A DNA stretch of 64,000 nucleotides from an uncultured bacterium (GCA_963749495.1 CAVVMW010000012.1:128001-192000), one strand, 5' to 3'. Shown: positions 51,055-60,788, counted from the stretch's first letter. Numbers and translations are program-made. The notes: generated from the letters alone by a model not told the origin.

Positions 51055-51293
51055 AAGCGCTTTTCGATGATGAGTTCCGAGACTTGAGACTGCAGGATTT
51101 GCTGGCGTGAGGCCTCGAGCAGGGCGATCACGTGCTTCCGTTTGACGCTGGGAAAGCCCTCGAGAAAGTCGTCAATGGAGTCCCCGCCTTCCAGGTGATC
51201 GAAAAGGCTTCCGACGGGAACCCGGGTGCCGCGAAACACGGGCGTTCCTCCCAGAATCTCCGGGTCAGAATGGATGATGCATTCCAAGCTCAT
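51051..51293 (-). CDS. DUF433 domain antitoxin-like protein, leaderless
   Basis: DPEILGGTPVFRGTRVPV..LFDHLEGG.SIDDFLEGFPSV; TTGCAA-17-TAGCCT-5-ATG. Confidence 0.9.
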   Translation of the reverse strand: MSLECIIHSDPEILGGTPVFRGTRVPVGSLFDHLEGGDSIDDFLEGFPSVKRKHVIALLEASRQQILQSQVSELIIEKRL

Positions 51294-51824
51294 ACCCAAG
51301 GCTATCTGCCTGGGCTTGACGTTGCAATCCCAGACGGTGTCCTACAAGATCTCTTTCAGCACCTCTTTGAACTCGATTATCTCAAACCGCCGTTTGCTGC
51401 GACCGCGAAAGGGAGCCTGAGACAAAATTCTTTGCGTCTCCGCCGTTTAACAGGATCTTCCGAAACCCGACCTGGCCTCATTTTTTCACTTCAAGCACGT
51501 TTAATTGACTTTAATTGGCTTTAAGGTTCGGCGTTCAGGGTTCACGTTTCACGTTTCACGTTTCACGTCTCCTCTCCTCGACAGCGAGGCATTTTGAGAA
51601 TTCAGCGCCCAGGGCTCGGAGAGCCGGGTCGCCAGAGGCGAGGAGCTCGGAGAGGGATTGCTGCCCGGCTGCCTGGAGGATGCGGGCACGGAAGTCGGCT
51701 TGGGCTTGCCTGGCTTCGGCCTCGGCTTCGATGCGGTCAGCGCGGCGGCGGTCCAGTTGTAGGGATTGAAAGCTGGAATTTCTCATGGACGCCACTATGC
51801 GCCGCCTCGACCGCTCCTGTCCAC

Positions 51825-52076
51825 GGACAGAGCGGACTGTTCGGACAATGCGGAGTTTTTACGGTTGGGCCGGCTACCGATGGGGTGGATTGTGGCCGCC
51901 CGCGAAGCGGCAATGGCGGGTTTTTGTGAATGTCATCGCGCCGATCGCCACGACGCATCAGATGGCACACGGCACCCGGAAACTGAATCCGCAGTTGGCG
52001 CGGCATGGTCAACTTTGGCTGCCCCGCCCGTGCTGTCACTCGAAAATGCACAATGTAAGGGCTTGACCCGTTTCCC
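51825..52076 (-). mobile_element. Truncated RAYT/Y1-transposase-derived element, direct repeat copy A
   Basis: End sequence GGGTCAAGCCCTTACATTGTGCATT, then MPRQLRIQFPGAVCHLMRRGDRRDDI from 52006; homologous to 60789-61038. Confidence 0.7.
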
Positions 52077-52607
52077 CTCGGCGTGGTGACTGCCGTGCAG
52101 GAGCACTTCTGCGTAGGCAAGCAGTTTCTCCTTCTGCCGAGTGCCGATCTGCTGGAGCGGATTGCCGGCATAAATCCCCCACGGCTCCAAGTCTGCATCC
52201 ACCATGCTTGCGGCAACGACCGCCACCCCCTCGCCGATGGTTACGCCGGGGAAAACTGTAACGTTTGCGCCCAACATAGCGAAGCGCCCGAGGGCAACGG
52301 TGGAAATGCGCACGCACCTGTATTGAAAAGGAACCGCCTCACCTGCCAGCCCTTCACCCCAGTAATCGTCAGCGGAGCAGATGATGCGGCTCCCGGCCCC
52401 CAGGCACGAGAAGTCTTCCATGACCAGGCGGTCATCCCACTGGCCTGTCACTGAGCAATGCGGCCCGAGGTGGACATAGCTGCCCAGGGTGACCGCCGTC
52501 GTGATAACCACGTACGGATCGATGACCACGTGGTCGCCGGTGTCAAAGAACTCGGGCCGGATGATGACTGCCTGGGGCGAGATGCGAACGTCCGTTCCGA
52601 CTCTCAT
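51933..52607 (-). CDS. Hexapeptide-repeat O-acetyltransferase; ORF 3' end runs into the repeat element
   Basis: LbH repeats (TLGSYVHLGPHC, MLGANVTVFPGVTIGEG), LEPWGIYAGNP. Confidence 0.85.
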   Translation of the reverse strand: MRVGTDVRISPQAVIIRPEFFDTGDHVVIDPYVVITTAVTLGSYVHLGPHCSVTGQWDDRLVMEDFSCLGAGSRIICSADDYWGEGLAGEAVPFQYRCVRISTVALGRFAMLGANVTVFPGVTIGEGVAVVAASMVDADLEPWGIYAGNPLQQIGTRQKEKLLAYAEVLLHGSHHAEGKRVKPLHCAFSSDSTGGAAKVDHAAPTADSVSGCRVPSDASWRSAR

Positions 52608-53259
52608 TTCATCTGGTATTCTTTACTGCAACATTGCCACGCCACGTTCCTCTGGGCTCAGCCTATCCCCGGCCCAGGAAGGCCAACCCCCGCAACGAAC
52701 GGCGCAGCCCGTGGGGCTCCCTTCCCAGCCCACACCACGACCTCGCTGCTACTACGGTCCGAGGAGGCGGGATCTCCCAACTCTTTTTGTCCTTTCGCAC
52801 TTTTCCCAAAGGCCCTCCGGGACTGCCGACGCTGGCGCTGAACTCATGGCCTCAACGGACCATGCAGAGGTCTCACAAGGAGTCCAGGAAATCGGCCGGA
52901 CAGGACCGTAAGGCCCAAGACTTGTTCCATCCATTCCCGTGAAAAACGGGGCAAATGGTATGGGTGCGGCGAGGAATGGACTGCCCAATCCCCTTCCCAT
53001 TTCCCCGATGCGGCTATGGAGGGGCTATGGCCGACTGCGGAGGGAAGAACTAGGCTGGTCTGGGGGCCAAGCAGGGGCGAGCCGTCGGCCTACGCCGCCT
53101 TTAGGCTCTTGGCTGGCTGCGTGCAAACCGCTCCCGGCACCATGTCCAGCGATCAGGCAGCCGGAGCCGCCAGAACCCCTGCCGAGCAGCGGCCGCAGGG
53201 GATTCCCGGAGGCAGATGGGCCAAAAAGACGTTTCCCAATCTGCATTTTTTTGGGAGAA

Positions 53260-53952
53260 ATGCCATGGAAGCTCCGAATTAACCGGAGACAGACAGCGGT
53301 TATTGAAACCACCATCGTGAAGCCGTTGGACCCGTTTATTCCGACCCGGCAGTCGTTGCTGAGCCGGCTCAAAGATTTGGACGACCAGGATAGCTGGAAG
53401 GTCTTCTTCGACACTTACTGGCGGATTATTTACAACGCCGCCGTCCGGGCCGGGCTGAGCGATGCCGAAGCCCGGGATGTGGTCCAGGAGACGATCCTCT
53501 CGGTCTCCAGGAAGCTGCCCGGCTTCGATTATGATCCGGCAAAGGGCTCCTTCAAGGGTTGGCTGCTCACCGTGACCCGGTGGCGCATCGCGGACCAGTT
53601 CAGAAAGCGAGGCCCAGGAAGCGCCCAGCCGAGACACCAAAGGATGGCGCAGACGAGCACATCCCGAACGGCGACGGTGGAGAGGCTGGCTGATCCTGCC
53701 GACTCGGCCTTGGAGGCCCTGTGGGACCGGGAATGGGAGAGGACGCTCCTAAAGGCCGCTTTGGAGAGAGCCAAGAAAAAGGCCGACTCCCGCGACTACC
53801 AGGCATTCGATCTGTGCGTGAACCAGGGCGTGCCTTTTTCTGAAGTGGCACGGCTCCTGCGGCTCAGCCGGCTCCAGGTTTATCGGGCCAAATACCGGGT
53901 CAAAAAGTTAGTCGAACAAGAAATCGCTTCTCTGAAGAATAAGTTGCTTTAA
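53260..53952 (+). CDS. ECF sigma factor of the Ser/Thr-kinase-associated type; start 53260 or GTG 53317
   Basis: PTRQSLLSRLKD, W..FFDTYWRIIY, DVVQET, GSFKGWL, QVYRAKYRV. Confidence 0.9.
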   Translation: MPWKLRINRRQTAVIETTIVKPLDPFIPTRQSLLSRLKDLDDQDSWKVFFDTYWRIIYNAAVRAGLSDAEARDVVQETILSVSRKLPGFDYDPAKGSFKGWLLTVTRWRIADQFRKRGPGSAQPRHQRMAQTSTSRTATVERLADPADSALEALWDREWERTLLKAALERAKKKADSRDYQAFDLCVNQGVPFSEVARLLRLSRLQVYRAKYRVKKLVEQEIASLKNKLL

Positions 53953-56900
53953 GAAGGGCCCAACGGACCCGGGCGATTTTCATCTGTTTTCAGATGCTCC
54001 TTGACGCGAACCAGGCGTTCGGAGAGTATCGTGTCTCCGCGCCGCAGAGCCATAAGCCGTTCCAGGTGGAAGGCGGCAGCAAACCAATCCCCCTCCAGTT
54101 CGCTCTTTGCCGCTTCGAATTCATGCCAGGCGAGGACATCGTCCGAGGAAGTCGTGAAATCAGAAGGATATTTGACGCGGAGTCGTTCCCACAAAGCGCT
54201 GAGCCGATCCGCTGTGGGCGCGGTGGCGGCGCCCGAGGAGACGAACGCGTCACCCGAAAGCAGCCGTGCCAGCCCTCTCAGGTCATCAACGGGTCGCTCG
54301 TCCAGAGCAACTTCCCAAAGCCAGGCTTTGCCCTTCTGGTCCCAGGTGACTATCCGGCGTCCGCCGGGCAGGAATCGTCCGCCCCCGAGCATATCAATGT
54401 GCCACAGCCCTGGAGTCAGAGGATCGCCGGTCTCCGAACTCCAAACCCGTGCGCTCCCGTCGGCGCTGGCGGTCAACACCGATTCTCCATCGGGACTGAA
54501 GCCGACCATTTGCACTTGATGGCGGTGCTTCAACGTGGGGGTAAGTGGCCGGCCTGTCATCGCATCCCAGACCCGAGCCGTGAAGTCCTCACCGGCGGTG
54601 GCGACTCGCCGGGCGTCAGAGCTGAATGCGGCCCAGAGCACGCCATCGGTGTGGTCCAACGGCGCACCGTGGGGCCTGCCAGTCTTCGCATCCCAGACCT
54701 GGGCGTGGCACCTCGTGAAATTGGGGTCGGCGCAGCAGGATACGAGCCAGGCCCCGTTGGGGCTGAACTCGGCGCGGCTCACCGGAGAAGAGTGCCTCAG
54801 CGGTCCGCACATTTCCCGGCCCGTAAGCGCATCCCACACTCTCACCACGTGGTCGCCCCAGGCCGCCACCGAATCCCCGGCCGCACTGAAGACAGCGCCC
54901 TCAATCTTGCCCTCGGGCAGCTGGGCTTCCGCCAGCGGTTTTCCGGCACCCACGTCCCACGTGCGAATCACCGCGCCGGTGAACACCACAAGGTGCTTGG
55001 CGTCCTTGCCGAGGATTACTTTCGAAATCCCGTTTGAGATCGACATCGGAGGACCGATGCGCTCGCCTGTTGCTGTATTGAACACTTCGATGAATCGATC
55101 AGGACTCCTTGATCCTGGCTGACCGGATTGGGCAGCCAGGAGAAACGCCCCGTCGCCGCTGAGTCTTGCCTCCCGCAGTCGAGGGCCCAGCCTCAGCCGC
55201 GAGACCTCACGCTTCGAGACCGTGTCCCGCACCTGGACTCCCTCCCCGGTGATGGTCATAAACCTCGTTGCGTCCTCGCTCAAGCAGGAGGAATTCCCCA
55301 GCGGTGTGGCCGTTCTGTGCGCCAAGTCCCAGACGCGCACCGTCCCATCAATACAGGAGCTGACGACACGGTGCCCGTCAGGAGCGAAGGCGGCGTGCGT
55401 TACTCGGTCGCTGTGCCTCAGGATGGGATTCGGATCAAGCGGCTGATGGTTGCCCGCCATCCAGATGCGCACCTCACCGTCCAAGCCGGCAGTGATAATC
55501 AACCGACCGTCCGGGCTGAATTCCGCGCTCGAAACCGCGTCAGCATGGTTCAGCTCGAACGGAATCAACCTTCCCGTGGCTGTGTCCCAAAAGTGCGCCT
55601 TATGATCATAACAGGCGGTTACCAGCGTATGCCCGTCCGGGCTGAAGGCAGCGTACCCGACCCAGGTAGGGTGGACTAGCGGGGGAACGGCCTGATGGCC
55701 GCTGGTGGCGTCCCAAATCCGTGCGGTGTGGTCGCAGCCGGCGGTGGCGATACGGCGTCCGTCGGGGCTGAACGTGGCAAACAGGACAGCGCCGGTGTGC
55801 CCTGCCAGGTTGAATTCGAGCTTCCAAGTGCCGGCATTCCAAACCCGCACCAGTCCGTCATAGCTTGCGGTGACGATATGCTTGCCATCCGGGCTGAATA
55901 GAGCGCTCGTCACCTTGTCGCTGTGAGGCAGGATCGCCACAAATGTGCCATCGCTGGCGTTCCGCACGCGCGCCGTCTTGTCCTCACTGGCCGTGATGAC
56001 CAGACGGCCATCTGGGCTGTACGACGCTCGGCAAAGACCGTAACCACGCCCGAACAAGGCCGTGACAGGCCGGCTGGTCTCGACATCAAAAATCTGGGCC
56101 TTGCCAAGCCACTCCGCCACCAGCACTCTCTTGCCGTCAGGGCTGAAGCAAACGTCTTGCGCCTGTTTTGACCCAAACCACATCTGCACCAACCTGGCGC
56201 ACTGCGCCAAGGCCGAACCGATCCTGAGCCGGTGCCCCCGTTCACGTTCCGCATCCCCTTTGTCCAGGTAGAGCGCCTCGCTGAAATAACCCAGGCACCC
56301 GGACAGGTCGCCGGAATCCATGGCTCGGTTGCCATAAGCGATGTTGACGCCCACCTGCCGCTGCCGCGCCTCCGAGGTGATTCGCCGTTCTCGCTCGACT
56401 CCGTAGGCGACGGTCGCCAGCACCAGAAGTGCCACCCCGCACACCCCGGCGCCCCGCTTCAAGTTGGACCAGCGCCGCTCCAAAGTCCTCAACCGTTTGA
56501 CCGATTTCCCCTTGGCCGCGACCAGCAAGTCCGCATGCATTTCCCAGGCCGACTGGTAACGCTGGCCGAGATTGTTCTGACATGCCCGCAGGATGATTTC
56601 ATTCAGCTCCAGGAGGCCGGCGCACTCAGGGGACTGCCTCCAGCGACCAGGAAGCTCCGGGAACTCCAGGCGATCCTTGCCGGTACTGGCTTCATAAAGA
56701 ACCTTGCCCAGGCCGTAAACGTCGGCTCGGGCGGTGCCCGGACCCTCCGGTGGCATAAACCCCTCGGTGCCCACGTACGAGTGGCCCTCATTAACCTGCG
56801 CCACCAGCCCTATGTCGGCCAGCTTCGGCACACCATTGACGAAAATGATATTCGAAGGCTTAATATCGCGGTGGATGAGGCCGTGACTGTGCAACTGCAC

Positions 56901-57368
56901 CAGGGCGTCGCTCAGCGCCAGCCCCAAACGGAGGCACCCCGCCAGGGGCAGACTGCCCCGGCGCGCGATCTCCTTGCTCAAGGTCCGGGGTGAATAATCG
57001 TCCGGCTCGATGGCCTGCTCCCGCGCCAAGTCGTCTCCCAGTTCCATGACGTAGTAGAAGCAGCCCAATTGGTCGTTCACGCCCACCTGGAGCACGTCCA
57101 CAAAGCCTTCGTGCGAGCGCGAAATGGGCTCGAACTTGCGGATGCCGGAGAGCTCCCGCTGATAGGGGCGGTGGTCCTGAAACGACTTGCGATAGATGAT
57201 CTTCGCCGCCCGGTACATTCCAAGCGTGCTGCGCGCCAGCCAGACCTCCCCGTAGCTCCCCTTGCCGATGCGCCGGAGTAATTGATGATCGGCGATTTCC
57301 ACCCCAGGACCGTCATCGTCCGGGGCGGCCGATGGGCCGGCCCTATGCTGCTCTCGGGCGCCATTCAT
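53949..57368 (-). CDS. Hanks-type Ser/Thr kinase with TM segment and WD40 propeller
   Basis: IGKGSYGEVW, HRDIKPSN, ADIGL, GTEGFMPPE; more than 12 FSPDG...ARVWD repeats. Confidence 0.93.
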   Translation of the reverse strand: MNGAREQHRAGPSAAPDDDGPGVEIADHQLLRRIGKGSYGEVWLARSTLGMYRAAKIIYRKSFQDHRPYQRELSGIRKFEPISRSHEGFVDVLQVGVNDQLGCFYYVMELGDDLAREQAIEPDDYSPRTLSKEIARRGSLPLAGCLRLGLALSDALVQLHSHGLIHRDIKPSNIIFVNGVPKLADIGLVAQVNEGHSYVGTEGFMPPEGPGTARADVYGLGKVLYEASTGKDRLEFPELPGRWRQSPECAGLLELNEIILRACQNNLGQRYQSAWEMHADLLVAAKGKSVKRLRTLERRWSNLKRGAGVCGVALLVLATVAYGVERERRITSEARQRQVGVNIAYGNRAMDSGDLSGCLGYFSEALYLDKGDAERERGHRLRIGSALAQCARLVQMWFGSKQAQDVCFSPDGKRVLVAEWLGKAQIFDVETSRPVTALFGRGYGLCRASYSPDGRLVITASEDKTARVRNASDGTFVAILPHSDKVTSALFSPDGKHIVTASYDGLVRVWNAGTWKLEFNLAGHTGAVLFATFSPDGRRIATAGCDHTARIWDATSGHQAVPPLVHPTWVGYAAFSPDGHTLVTACYDHKAHFWDTATGRLIPFELNHADAVSSAEFSPDGRLIITAGLDGEVRIWMAGNHQPLDPNPILRHSDRVTHAAFAPDGHRVVSSCIDGTVRVWDLAHRTATPLGNSSCLSEDATRFMTITGEGVQVRDTVSKREVSRLRLGPRLREARLSGDGAFLLAAQSGQPGSRSPDRFIEVFNTATGERIGPPMSISNGISKVILGKDAKHLVVFTGAVIRTWDVGAGKPLAEAQLPEGKIEGAVFSAAGDSVAAWGDHVVRVWDALTGREMCGPLRHSSPVSRAEFSPNGAWLVSCCADPNFTRCHAQVWDAKTGRPHGAPLDHTDGVLWAAFSSDARRVATAGEDFTARVWDAMTGRPLTPTLKHRHQVQMVGFSPDGESVLTASADGSARVWSSETGDPLTPGLWHIDMLGGGRFLPGGRRIVTWDQKGKAWLWEVALDERPVDDLRGLARLLSGDAFVSSGAATAPTADRLSALWERLRVKYPSDFTTSSDDVLAWHEFEAAKSELEGDWFAAAFHLERLMALRRGDTILSERLVRVKEHLKTDENRPGPLGPS

Positions 57369-57510
57369 TTGCTGTGCGTCGAATGGGTTCTCACGGGGAC
57401 CGATGGACCGAATTAAGCGATATGGTTCTTCCCCTTGCAAGACATTTCGTGAGCTTCCGCCGGCCCAGGGGGCCGCGGCCTGACCCGGCGGCAGGGCGGC
57501 CGCCGGGAGT

Positions 57511-60069
57511 TCACGCTCTCCAGTCCGGGTCGAAGTCGCTCGCCTGGTGGAAGCCTCCGCCCCAGACGCTCTGGCTCCCGATGTGCTGCACCAGCGACGG
57601 GGCGTGATATAGAATGGGCTGTTTCAACCGGCCTGCGAGGCGGGAGATCTTGATGTCTTGCAAGCCTCCCACCCTGTGCCAATGCCGCACCACGTAATCG
57701 GCCGTGGGCTTGGACAAGAGGAATGCCTGGCTCCCGAATACCCCCTCCGGCAGCACAATGCGGGCGCGGTTTGGAAAATCGAATGCCGCTTCCCGGAGCC
57801 GCGGGTTGTACAAACCGGCAAGGGCCACCATCCCGGCCCGAACGGGCCTCCAGTGGAGCAAGTTGTGGCGGATGTGGCGGTTGAAGTCCAAGTCGTCTTC
57901 CAAAAAGAGTATATAGTCGCAGGGGGTCTCCAGCGCCCGCTTGAGCGCAAGCCGGGCGCAACGCTCCTGGCGGCTGCGATGATCACTGCCACCGTCCTCG
58001 TCCATCTGGACCAGAACCGGCTCTCCATCCCAGTCCGTTCTGGCCAGGTTGGCCAGGGTCTGGTGCCTCATCTCATCGCGCTCCGGGCAGGACATCATCA
58101 CGGCGGCGATTCGGACCGGCTTTACTTTGGGCCATCTTCCTCCCAGCGGCCTCGACCTTTTGCCGTTCGGGCAGCCGTTCCAGGCCCTCCGCAGCTCAAC
58201 CAGGTAATCGCGGCATTCCTGCTCGAACCAGAAGTCCTCGACCCGCCGGTTGAGCAGAAACGGGTCCCACTTGTCCTGGTTCCGGTGCTGAAAGAGCCGG
58301 CGCCCCCGGAAGTCATGCTGGCACATCGTGCCGGCAAGCGGGTGGATGGGCGTAGGCACGAGGTAATAGTCTTGCCGCAGTTTCCGAAACGCCAGGTGGA
58401 ACGTCTCTTTGTCGCCATGCACATAGCGGTAATAGAAATCAGAATGCTCGTTGAACCACAGGCTCAAGCAGAGCGCCGGCCAGCACCGCATCTTGTCCAC
58501 TAGGATCTGCCCACTCTCAAATTCCGGTTCCCGCGGCTGCCGCAGGCCGCAACTTCGCCAAATGGCCGGCCCCTTGTCGTTCTTGTTCTGCGCATAATCT
58601 GGCCAGAAAACGGCCCCGCTGGCGCGGAATTGAGGTGCCCCGAACAGGAATGCCGGGTTCGTCACCGGCACATTGTCGGCATCAAGGAGCAGCACCTCTC
58701 GAAACGGCGAGTGCAACACAGCATAGGGCTTGAGCGGCCAGCCCCCCGAGATCCGGCGGGCCGGGAAGGCCTTGCGAACCGTGAGGGCATCCACGCACTC
58801 TACGCCCAGTGGCGCTACCAGCGCCCCCATCCGCTCATCCAATTCGTTCGCCCCCAGGTGCCAGAGCTGGATCGGCAGGGCGCATCCGAGCCTCCTCAGC
58901 ATCTTGATGCAGACCCAGGCGCACGCGAAATACCGGGCGCCGCCTCCACAGATCACGATCCCGCGACCCTGGTAGCGCCCCGGATAAGCCGGGATCGTAG
59001 GGAGGAACCTCTCCAAGGCCGTCCCGGCATTCTGGAGCGTCAAGGGCTGCTCGTCGAACGCGGGCTTGGCCATCGCGGTGATTCCGCGGTTTGCAGCCCT
59101 CCGCTGGGAAGGCGAAAAGTACTTCAAGACGCCGCCTTTGTAATATAACTCCACCCGGCGGATCACCTCCGCTGGGGTGATGAGGTCCAGGCAACGCGGC
59201 AGCCCGTTGACCAGGTTATGGCAGAGCCGGCCCGGCCTGTCCCGCCTGTCCCCGTCGTGCAACCGTGCAATGCGATCTTTCCAGCACCCGCCTTGCCCGC
59301 CACAGGCCAGCGCGCCGTTGCTGTGGATGAACTGGTGGCCAGGATACGCTTCCCAGTGGGCCGGTTCGCGCCCACCTGCAACCACGACGCACGGCCGCAG
59401 GGCAGACCGCCCGGGCCTGGTTTCCACGGCGGCGGCCAGATGCATCAGGGCCGTCACGGAGCAGAGCACGCCTTGGGCGTGATAGACCAGGCGCACCAAC
59501 TCCCGCAAGGTGGTTTGACCACGCAGGTCGATGACCCCCTGCAACTTCGGGTGGTGGTGCCCATAACCGCCCACTTGGACGAACAGGATCTTGCCCCGAA
59601 AATAGTCGATGACCTCCTGGTAACGCTCAGTCTGCCACCACTTGATGGTGACGTCGTACTTCCCCCCGGCCGCGACTATCCAAAACGGGGTGTCCTCGCC
59701 GGTGAGCTCGTGGACCTGGGAAAACCAAGCCCTCTCCTGCGGGGCGAGGTGGATGTCGCCCTTGAAGGCAGTCGGCTTGATCGCCAGCTTAAGCCGGTCG
59801 CTGAGGAATTCAATGAATCCGTTCAAGCAGTGGTGCGGGGTCGTCCTGCACCGGTTAATCAGGGGATACGAGCAATCGATCTGGGCCACCTCGCGATCAT
59901 CCTCGGACAGGGGAGTCAGGAGCGGGTTGTGTTCCCAGAGATCTGGACAGGGCGTTCGGACGTCCGTCTGGAATTGGCCCGGATAACATTGGTGCAGGTC
60001 TCGCACGGCCCCAGTGAGCATCACGATGTCGCCTGGAGCGAACCCACACTTCAAGATCAGCTTCTTCAT
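57511..60069 (-). CDS. Three-domain glycosyltransferase: GT9-like + MNN/GT71-like mannosyltransferase + GT-A (GT25/GT2-like)
   Basis: GDIVM...DLRGQTTLRELVRLV...MHLAAA; GRGIVICGGG...LLLDADN...FWPD...ESGQILVDK...GDKETF; LFLEDD...PSLVQHIG. Confidence 0.8.
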   Translation of the reverse strand: MKKLILKCGFAPGDIVMLTGAVRDLHQCYPGQFQTDVRTPCPDLWEHNPLLTPLSEDDREVAQIDCSYPLINRCRTTPHHCLNGFIEFLSDRLKLAIKPTAFKGDIHLAPQERAWFSQVHELTGEDTPFWIVAAGGKYDVTIKWWQTERYQEVIDYFRGKILFVQVGGYGHHHPKLQGVIDLRGQTTLRELVRLVYHAQGVLCSVTALMHLAAAVETRPGRSALRPCVVVAGGREPAHWEAYPGHQFIHSNGALACGGQGGCWKDRIARLHDGDRRDRPGRLCHNLVNGLPRCLDLITPAEVIRRVELYYKGGVLKYFSPSQRRAANRGITAMAKPAFDEQPLTLQNAGTALERFLPTIPAYPGRYQGRGIVICGGGARYFACAWVCIKMLRRLGCALPIQLWHLGANELDERMGALVAPLGVECVDALTVRKAFPARRISGGWPLKPYAVLHSPFREVLLLDADNVPVTNPAFLFGAPQFRASGAVFWPDYAQNKNDKGPAIWRSCGLRQPREPEFESGQILVDKMRCWPALCLSLWFNEHSDFYYRYVHGDKETFHLAFRKLRQDYYLVPTPIHPLAGTMCQHDFRGRRLFQHRNQDKWDPFLLNRRVEDFWFEQECRDYLVELRRAWNGCPNGKRSRPLGGRWPKVKPVRIAAVMMSCPERDEMRHQTLANLARTDWDGEPVLVQMDEDGGSDHRSRQERCARLALKRALETPCDYILFLEDDLDFNRHIRHNLLHWRPVRAGMVALAGLYNPRLREAAFDFPNRARIVLPEGVFGSQAFLLSKPTADYVVRHWHRVGGLQDIKISRLAGRLKQPILYHAPSLVQHIGSQSVWGGGFHQASDFDPDWRA

Positions 60070-60153
60070 ATTAGCGGGCGGGAGGACGAGGACGCTCCAT
60101 TTGCTCGCCCTCGCCCTCCCGGCTTGCTTGGCGGTTCACCGATACCGTCGCCA

Positions 60154-60318
60154 CTACTCGCCTGGCGACGGGGTCGAAGGCGCTGGAGTCCAGCCCGGCG
60201 GAGGGCTGGGGTCCGGTTCGTCCAGCGGTTGGATGTTGGCCGGCCTTTGAACCGGTTTGGGGCTAAAGCCAGGTTCTTGTACGGCATTCTGTTTGACTGA
60301 TCTAACGGTGCTATTCAT
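60154..60318 (-). CDS. 54-aa Pro/Ser/Thr-rich micropeptide
   Basis: ATG after A-rich leader CCAAAACCAAATAAACAC; MNSTVRSVKQNAVQEPGFSPKPVQRPANIQPLDEPDPSPPPGWTPAPSTPSPGE. Confidence 0.45.
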   Translation of the reverse strand: MNSTVRSVKQNAVQEPGFSPKPVQRPANIQPLDEPDPSPPPGWTPAPSTPSPGE

Positions 60319-60788
60319 GTGTTTATTTGGTTTTGGCCCGGGCAAGAGAGACCGTGCCGGGCCGGTTTTCCTTACGGAAACGTCTCTCTGGGAAAGAGTT
60401 TTGCTCCGTGCGCGAGGGCTTTCGAGAGGAGTTCAAAACGCGTCGCCTCAGGCTCGCAAGAATCCTTCGACGGAGCGCATACGTGGCGCGGCCACATGCC
60501 ACGCTGCCAACCGGTCCCTCGTTAGGACCGGAAGGCGGCACGAACAGCCCGGGGCTGAGCCGGTTCACAGCCACTGAATGTAGGCTCGGTAGAACGGCGC
60601 GCAGGAAGGCCGTCGCCTGCGTCACCAGCCCCGCATAGATTTCCGCCACTAGCTGACACCGTTTCCGCTGGGACCCAGACAATAACGGCTTAGCTGCCGC
60701 GCACGTCAGGTGAGTCTTCGTCCGGGTGAGCCGGTCTAATACGGTCGTCATGCGCGCAGTTTGCCGCGCGCCAGCCCTTCTTGTCTAA

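Noticed and set aside
51556..51795. 79-aa helical ORF next to repeat copy A
   Set aside because: Possibly a gene remnant, but no identifiable family or clear start.
60323..60751. 142-aa minus-strand ORF
   Set aside because: No motifs, atypical composition, overlaps the probable promoter region of the micropeptide.
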